From assembly GCA_938041455.1 (NCBI GenBank), contig CALITO010000021.1, positions 11,909 through 75,908 on the forward strand: a stretch of DNA of 64,000 bases. Direction: 5' to 3'. The DNA comes from an uncultured bacterium. Its GTDB lineage: Bacteria; Armatimonadota; JACIXR01. The notes under the pieces are model-generated. The model searched no databases. It saw nothing but the letters and a program-made list of their open reading frames with translations, and was not told the origin of the DNA. The position numbers and the translations under genes are program-made. Shown in pieces: positions 59,050 to 64,000 of the stretch (position 1 is the stretch's first letter; each line of letters opens with the position of its first letter).

Positions 59050-62000
59050 ATGAAGCGTATCTTTATTTTAGGTTTCATTGTTTTGCTTACCTCTTATGTG
59101 TTTTCTCTCGAGGAGGCGTCAAGCGATGACTTTTCCTTGGGCAATGCCCTGGCAATCACCAGCAACGCCATTTCCTCCAGTGCCTCCCTACCATCTGTCC
59201 AGGGTGCAGTCCTCCATACTGATACTCTAAGGGTGGTCAAGGGCGGTATCCTGGCTCTATCCCATAGGGGGATAGTCCAAGGAAGTGAGAAGGTGATAGC
59301 AAATGGACGCTTTCTCAAGCGGGATGTTGACTACCTCATAGATTATGCTAATGGGACGCTCATCCTCTCTGGGGAAGTGAAAGCCACTACACTCATCATC
59401 TCTTATCTATACGACCCTAATAACCAGAATCAGCCCGCAGGCGGGTTACCACTTCAATTAGCTCTGACCGGGGGCAATTCCACCATTCTAAACCTCCTTA
59501 CATATTTCCGCCCCGGCTCCCTTGGGCAAAATGGGGAAGAAAGTTGGTTAGTCGGTAGCCATTTCACCTCCAAACTGGGCTCTAATACCACTTTAAAGAG
59601 CCTCCTCTTTCTCAGTAGAACTACCGCTCCAAAGAGTTATGTAGTGGGTTTGGCGAGGAGTAACGCTGTTCCTACTACCGAGCAAAAAGGGAAAGCTATG
59701 GTGCATTGGATGGATATGAATTTGGGTAAAGGCAAGCTAAGTCTCTTATTCCAGAACATAGATAAAGATTTCTCCGTGCCTCAGGAGATACCCAACAATC
59801 TGAATGGTAACGATATATCCTTCCTCAAGCAGGAGGCCGGTACAAAGAAGATAGGAGTTGGTTATCAGGGTTCCAATCTCAGTCTTTCCTTCGCTCGGCA
59901 AACCGTTGACCCCCAAACGAGAGGAGACCAAGGGGTAGCAAGGGAAAAGGGGTTAACCAAGCAGATATTCGCTGGTGAATACAAGTTGTCCGATACCCTT
60001 TCCTTTTCTGCTCTATTGAAATCCGCTACCGATGGAAAGGGAGAAGGCTTTCTCAAGCGGATAGAATTAAGGGGCAGGGATGAGGAGTTCCTTCGCTTCA
60101 CTCACCAGCATATTTCCCCCAACTTCGTTAGGGGAGGGAGTTTGAACGAACCCGAGGCGGGCATATGGGCGAAAGAGGTAGGAGTAAGCAGAGAGATTAT
60201 CGAGCTTTCCAAGAGGCTTCTTCCCAACCTTTCCCTGAATCTTTCCCAGACGAAGATAAGGGATGAGAAGGGCGGGATAGAGCGGCTGAATTGGAATTTG
60301 CAAGGTGCGAACTTTTCTATAGCTGTTAGAAATCAGGAGGTCGGCAGGGATTTTGCTCGCTTCGGCAATCTAACTGAGGGTGATGCTGGTCAGCTTGCCA
60401 AGGAGAGAGGGTTGGTGAGGCGGACCATAGAAGGTGCTTTAAACCTCTCTCCCAAATTGCAAACCTCCTTTTCCCTCGCCAGTATAAATGATGGCAAAGA
60501 AGGCTGGCGAGGACATAATCCGCAATTGAAGGGCGATATCTGGGATATTTCCTTCTCCAAAAGTCACTTCAGCGAGGGCTTCAGAAGATTTGGTGATTTG
60601 ACCGACCCCGAGAAGCAAAGGTTCGCCAACGAGTGGGATATAAGCAAGTCCTTGCTCAAGGGCAACTTTAAACTCGATAATTTACTGCCCGGGCTCACTC
60701 TTTCCCTCGTCTCTCGCAAGTTGGGAGATTCTAAGGGTGGGCTTGAAGGCAAAAGTGTGGAGCTCAAACTGAAGGACCAACCCATTTTCCGCTTCTCCAC
60801 CCAGAGGATAGACCCCGCGTTCACGAGATTTGGAGACCTTGGAGAAGAAGATAAGGATCGCCTCGCTCAAGAGAGGGCTGCTGAGAAAAAAGACATCTTT
60901 CTTGCACTACCCATTTCCCAAAACCTCGCTTTTTCCACCTCCATAACTAAAGTGGATAGTTTGGATACCACGAGAAGTGATGCGAGTTGGGGTAAGTCCA
61001 CCCTCCACACCATAAACAACTTATCCTGGACAGGCAAGGACAGCATAAAAGCCTTCCTCACCTGGGACGCTACCAGGCAGGAAGGCGATGTGAGGAGAAC
61101 GAACGATATCTACAACCTGATAGTTGAGAAATCCTTCAGTAACGCTAATCTCAAGGTTCAACAAATGCAAGGAATTAGAACAGAGGGAGATAAGCAATTC
61201 CGCTCCATCCTCACAGTTTTGAACCTCCAGCAGACGCTGAAGGGGAATGCTTCTTACAGTATTAACTTAAAGCACAACAAGCTTGAGAACGGCAATACTA
61301 TAGAAGAGGGCAATCTTAATTTACAAGCTCCTTTGCTTAAAGGAAACGCCGGGACCATCGGCTTTTCCTTTAAGGAAAGTGCAGAGCATAGCTTCAAGAG
61401 CATTTCCCTTGTTCAACCTCTGGATTCCCAATCCCAATTCAAGGGAGAGGTTGCGAGGATACGCCAGGGCAACCAAGAGGGTAAAAAGGAAGAACTCTCC
61501 TTAACGAGGACATTCCTTCCCGGGCTCACCAGCAACCTCGCCTATGGTATTCAATCACTTGGTAGTCACTCCTCTTCTTATCGCCTTCTCCAAACCACTT
61601 ATCAACCCCAGGGCGCTCCCTACAAAATAAGTTATATGATTAAGGATAGGAGTGGAGGGAATAACACTACAACTAGGGCGATAGATATTACCTACCCCTT
61701 TGAGGGTAAAAATTTCACCCTCTCTATGTTGAAGAACCCCGAGGACCAAAATGGCAATCCACTTCATACCAAGAGGGTAGCTATTAATTTCCAAGGTTCT
61801 CCCGTATTATCCGGTCAGTATATTCTGGATACCAATTATATGAATGGGAAATTGAACAAACAATATTCCCTCCAATTCACCCCTTCCCAAAAGTTTAACC
61901 TCAAGCTTTCCCTTGTTGACAATGTGCCCGACCCAAATCAGAAGCTCCTGAGGAAACTCAACTGGGAAATTGCCTTCCCTCTGAACGAAAAGCTTTCTTT

Positions 62001-62286
62001 CAAAGGAACTCACAACTACCATTTCGTTGAAAGGGAGAAGAAGGGCGTTTACAAGACGCTTTTCACCCTTTCGGGCAAGCTCTCTACTTTTGAGGTGCTT
62101 GATGCCTCCGTCGGCTTAGATTACTCCTCCCTAGCGGGGGACAAGGTAGGAGGTATAACCTATAGATTTTCCTACTCCCGTAACATCAGTGCTGATAACT
62201 CCCTTGGGTTGTCTGGCTATTACACGGATAACTTCAAGGGGAAGGACAATGTTGGTGTAAGGTTAGATCTTACCCACGCATTTTAA
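59050..62286 (+). CDS. Giant predicted outer-membrane beta-barrel protein with internal repeats
   Basis: Signal peptide, many alternating amphipathic strands, C-terminal GVRLDLTHAF beta-signal, N-terminal DVDYLIDYANGTL motif. Confidence 0.6.
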   Translation: MKRIFILGFIVLLTSYVFSLEEASSDDFSLGNALAITSNAISSSASLPSVQGAVLHTDTLRVVKGGILALSHRGIVQGSEKVIANGRFLKRDVDYLIDYANGTLILSGEVKATTLIISYLYDPNNQNQPAGGLPLQLALTGGNSTILNLLTYFRPGSLGQNGEESWLVGSHFTSKLGSNTTLKSLLFLSRTTAPKSYVVGLARSNAVPTTEQKGKAMVHWMDMNLGKGKLSLLFQNIDKDFSVPQEIPNNLNGNDISFLKQEAGTKKIGVGYQGSNLSLSFARQTVDPQTRGDQGVAREKGLTKQIFAGEYKLSDTLSFSALLKSATDGKGEGFLKRIELRGRDEEFLRFTHQHISPNFVRGGSLNEPEAGIWAKEVGVSREIIELSKRLLPNLSLNLSQTKIRDEKGGIERLNWNLQGANFSIAVRNQEVGRDFARFGNLTEGDAGQLAKERGLVRRTIEGALNLSPKLQTSFSLASINDGKEGWRGHNPQLKGDIWDISFSKSHFSEGFRRFGDLTDPEKQRFANEWDISKSLLKGNFKLDNLLPGLTLSLVSRKLGDSKGGLEGKSVELKLKDQPIFRFSTQRIDPAFTRFGDLGEEDKDRLAQERAAEKKDIFLALPISQNLAFSTSITKVDSLDTTRSDASWGKSTLHTINNLSWTGKDSIKAFLTWDATRQEGDVRRTNDIYNLIVEKSFSNANLKVQQMQGIRTEGDKQFRSILTVLNLQQTLKGNASYSINLKHNKLENGNTIEEGNLNLQAPLLKGNAGTIGFSFKESAEHSFKSISLVQPLDSQSQFKGEVARIRQGNQEGKKEELSLTRTFLPGLTSNLAYGIQSLGSHSSSYRLLQTTYQPQGAPYKISYMIKDRSGGNNTTTRAIDITYPFEGKNFTLSMLKNPEDQNGNPLHTKRVAINFQGSPVLSGQYILDTNYMNGKLNKQYSLQFTPSQKFNLKLSLVDNVPDPNQKLLRKLNWEIAFPLNEKLSFKGTHNYHFVEREKKGVYKTLFTLSGKLSTFEVLDASVGLDYSSLAGDKVGGITYRFSYSRNISADNSLGLSGYYTDNFKGKDNVGVRLDLTHAF

Positions 62287-62329
62287 CTCCACCATTTAAC
62301 GAGTTAGCATAAAAACTTGTTGCTACTGC

Positions 62330-64000
62330 TCACCTCAAAGTAAACAGCCTTATAGCCTGCACCGTTTCTCCCTCGGAAAATGCCCTTACTCTCACGATGT
62401 AAACCCCCGCTGGTAAGACATTCCCTCTCTCATCCCTTCCATCCCAATAGATGCAGTTTGTTCCCGCTTCTCTATTGCTTCTCATCACCCTTATCGTTCG
62501 CCCGTCTATGCTTTCTACTCTCACTTCTGCTTCTGCGTTCCTTGACAAGGTGAAGGCGAATTCCATCCCACCCCGAGTGGGCTTGACAAGAAGTTCCGAG
62601 ATAAGCAAGGGGTTTTTCTTGGACATCACTATGGAGAAAAGGCGAGGTGTGCCATCTCCTACGAATTTATAATACGAGGAGTGGAGGAGAGAAACTTTCT
62701 TTCTATTGGAGAGGTCGGTCAAGGTGAGGGAGTAACCACGAGGGAACGAAGAAAGGTCTTTCCAGCGCAAGACACATTCTCCTTCCAAGGAAATTTGAAG
62801 GAGCCATTCCGCAGAAGGAGAAATCCGCTTTATGTCCCAAGCGAGATGGACATCACGGGATGCATCAAGGAAGGAAGCACTGGGGGCCCTATTTATAGGG
62901 GGTGGAAACTCCAAGTTGAAGGAGGGTAGGGGGTTTTCCCCTTGCCCCAGGACGAGTGTCCTCGTTTTACCCGAGTTTTCAACCTCTATCTTAACTTGCC
63001 ATCCAATGGAAGGGGAAATAGCGTCCCTCCTCACCCTTTTGCTCCCCTTATTATGCTCGGGTCCAGGAATGATTAAAGAACATTCTTTATAGCATCTTAT
63101 CCAATAACCCTCCCACGGCAAGAGGGTATCAAGTGTGGGGTCAAGAGGCTCGTATTCTCCTGTCTGGGGGTTGAAACGCCAGAGGGTTTTTGCTAAGTAG
63201 CCTTGTTTGTTCGCTTCCGCAAGGCTTATGGGCTCAACTGAGCCGGGAATCCTCACAAGTATATCTGCCAAAGCACATCCCTTCTCATAGTTAAAGGGGT
63301 ATCCTATCTGATTCCAACCCACAGAGAGTCCCATGGTGAACTCTCCATCCAGCGGTTCAGCATAACCCTCTATTTGAACCTCCCTATCTTCAAGGAAGCG
63401 GATAAAATAACCTCTTCCTAAGGAGAGCGATAAATTTGGATAGAAGAGATATTTATTTGTTCCCTCTTTTGTAGGTTCCCAGCGAGCGAGCGCTAATTTA
63501 TCGGGTTCAATCCCTAAAGCACTGGCAGGGTCGTGAGAAACGGGGTCAAGGGGAGGGCTTATCATATATATACCTTTGGAGAAGCTCTTGCTTGCCACCT
63601 GCTTTTCCCGAGGGGGTTGGATGATTATAGCATAGGGACCATAAAAGCAATTGATTTTTCTTTCCAGCCTTTCTCCCCCTGGAGAGATGTATTCCACATC
63701 TATCTGTTGGGGTCCGGTTGATAAAGAGGGGAAAGGTGTTCCGAAAGCCCCCTGGGTTATGGGGATCTCCTGCCCATTTATAAGAAGCGTGCCACCTAAA
63801 CCGGTTTGTAAAGTTCCATAAACATTGTTGGGTTCCGCCTCTGTTCCCACTACTCCATAAGGGAAGAGAATGGAAACATCCAGACCCCCAATGGGAAACT
63901 CTATCGTAACCCTTTGAGGACCTCCTATGTTGAAGAATGTGGGGGCGACATAGCCGATACCATCAGTTATAGTAACGGTCTCATATTGTGGTTCAACGGG
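62330..64000 (-). CDS. Large exoprotein with C-terminal FlgD-Ig domain (3' part; begins beyond the right edge)
   Basis: The frame stays open from 64000. Motifs GWNQIGYP, PWEGYW and the terminal FTLSRNAEAEVRV...YWDGRDERGNVLPAGVYIVRV. Confidence 0.8.
   Translation of the reverse strand, partial: PVEPQYETVTITDGIGYVAPTFFNIGGPQRVTIEFPIGGLDVSILFPYGVVGTEAEPNNVYGTLQTGLGGTLLINGQEIPITQGAFGTPFPSLSTGPQQIDVEYISPGGERLERKINCFYGPYAIIIQPPREKQVASKSFSKGIYMISPPLDPVSHDPASALGIEPDKLALARWEPTKEGTNKYLFYPNLSLSLGRGYFIRFLEDREVQIEGYAEPLDGEFTMGLSVGWNQIGYPFNYEKGCALADILVRIPGSVEPISLAEANKQGYLAKTLWRFNPQTGEYEPLDPTLDTLLPWEGYWIRCYKECSLIIPGPEHNKGSKRVRRDAISPSIGWQVKIEVENSGKTRTLVLGQGENPLPSFNLEFPPPINRAPSASFLDASRDVHLAWDIKRISPSAEWLLQISLEGECVLRWKDLSSFPRGYSLTLTDLSNRKKVSLLHSSYYKFVGDGTPRLFSIVMSKKNPLLISELLVKPTRGGMEFAFTLSRNAEAEVRVESIDGRTIRVMRSNREAGTNCIYWDGRDERGNVLPAGVYIVRVRAFSEGETVQAIRLFTLR

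Noticed and set aside
62287-62294. CTCCACCA identical to the tmRNA 3' end (possible attR)
   Set aside because: An 8-bp match is expected by chance in 64 kb, there is no integrase, and the intervening DNA is core genome.

Overview
Gene-dense chromosomal window from what looks like a thermophilic bacterium. Evidence for thermophily is a branched-chain polyamine synthase and Glu/Lys-rich proteins. A DUF6785-type membrane protein, a FlgD-Ig-terminated exoprotein, a giant beta-barrel and Firmicutes-like gene order suggest a diderm Terrabacteria lineage such as Armatimonadota; this is inference only. From left to right the window holds: the 5' part of a type I R-M hsdM; tmRNA (tag ANHSYALAA); a five-tRNA operon; a regulator plus two radical SAM genes; mutS and miaB; ftsH-formiminotransferase-folE-folP; LeuD-like/IDH/fumarase-alpha; queF; csaB; a complete bpsA-pdaD-speD-speE-speB polyamine operon; NlpC/P60; nfeD-stomatin; tgt; several secreted glycoside hydrolases; rpmE-DUF1385-prfA-prmC; HtrA plus a catalytically dead partner; glyQS; an orphan double-zinc-finger anti-sigma; a repeat-containing giant beta-barrel; and a FlgD-Ig exoprotein. 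The best candidate for an undescribed system is the 1854-5367 operon. It pairs a protein resembling bacterial membrane-spanning-lipid synthase (Mss) with a radical SAM/SPASM protein resembling archaeal GMGT synthase (Gms), which suggests a bacterial route to cross-linked (H-shaped) membrane-spanning lipids. All family assignments come from motifs I recognised by eye, not from database searches. I saw no CRISPR array, integrase or transposase.
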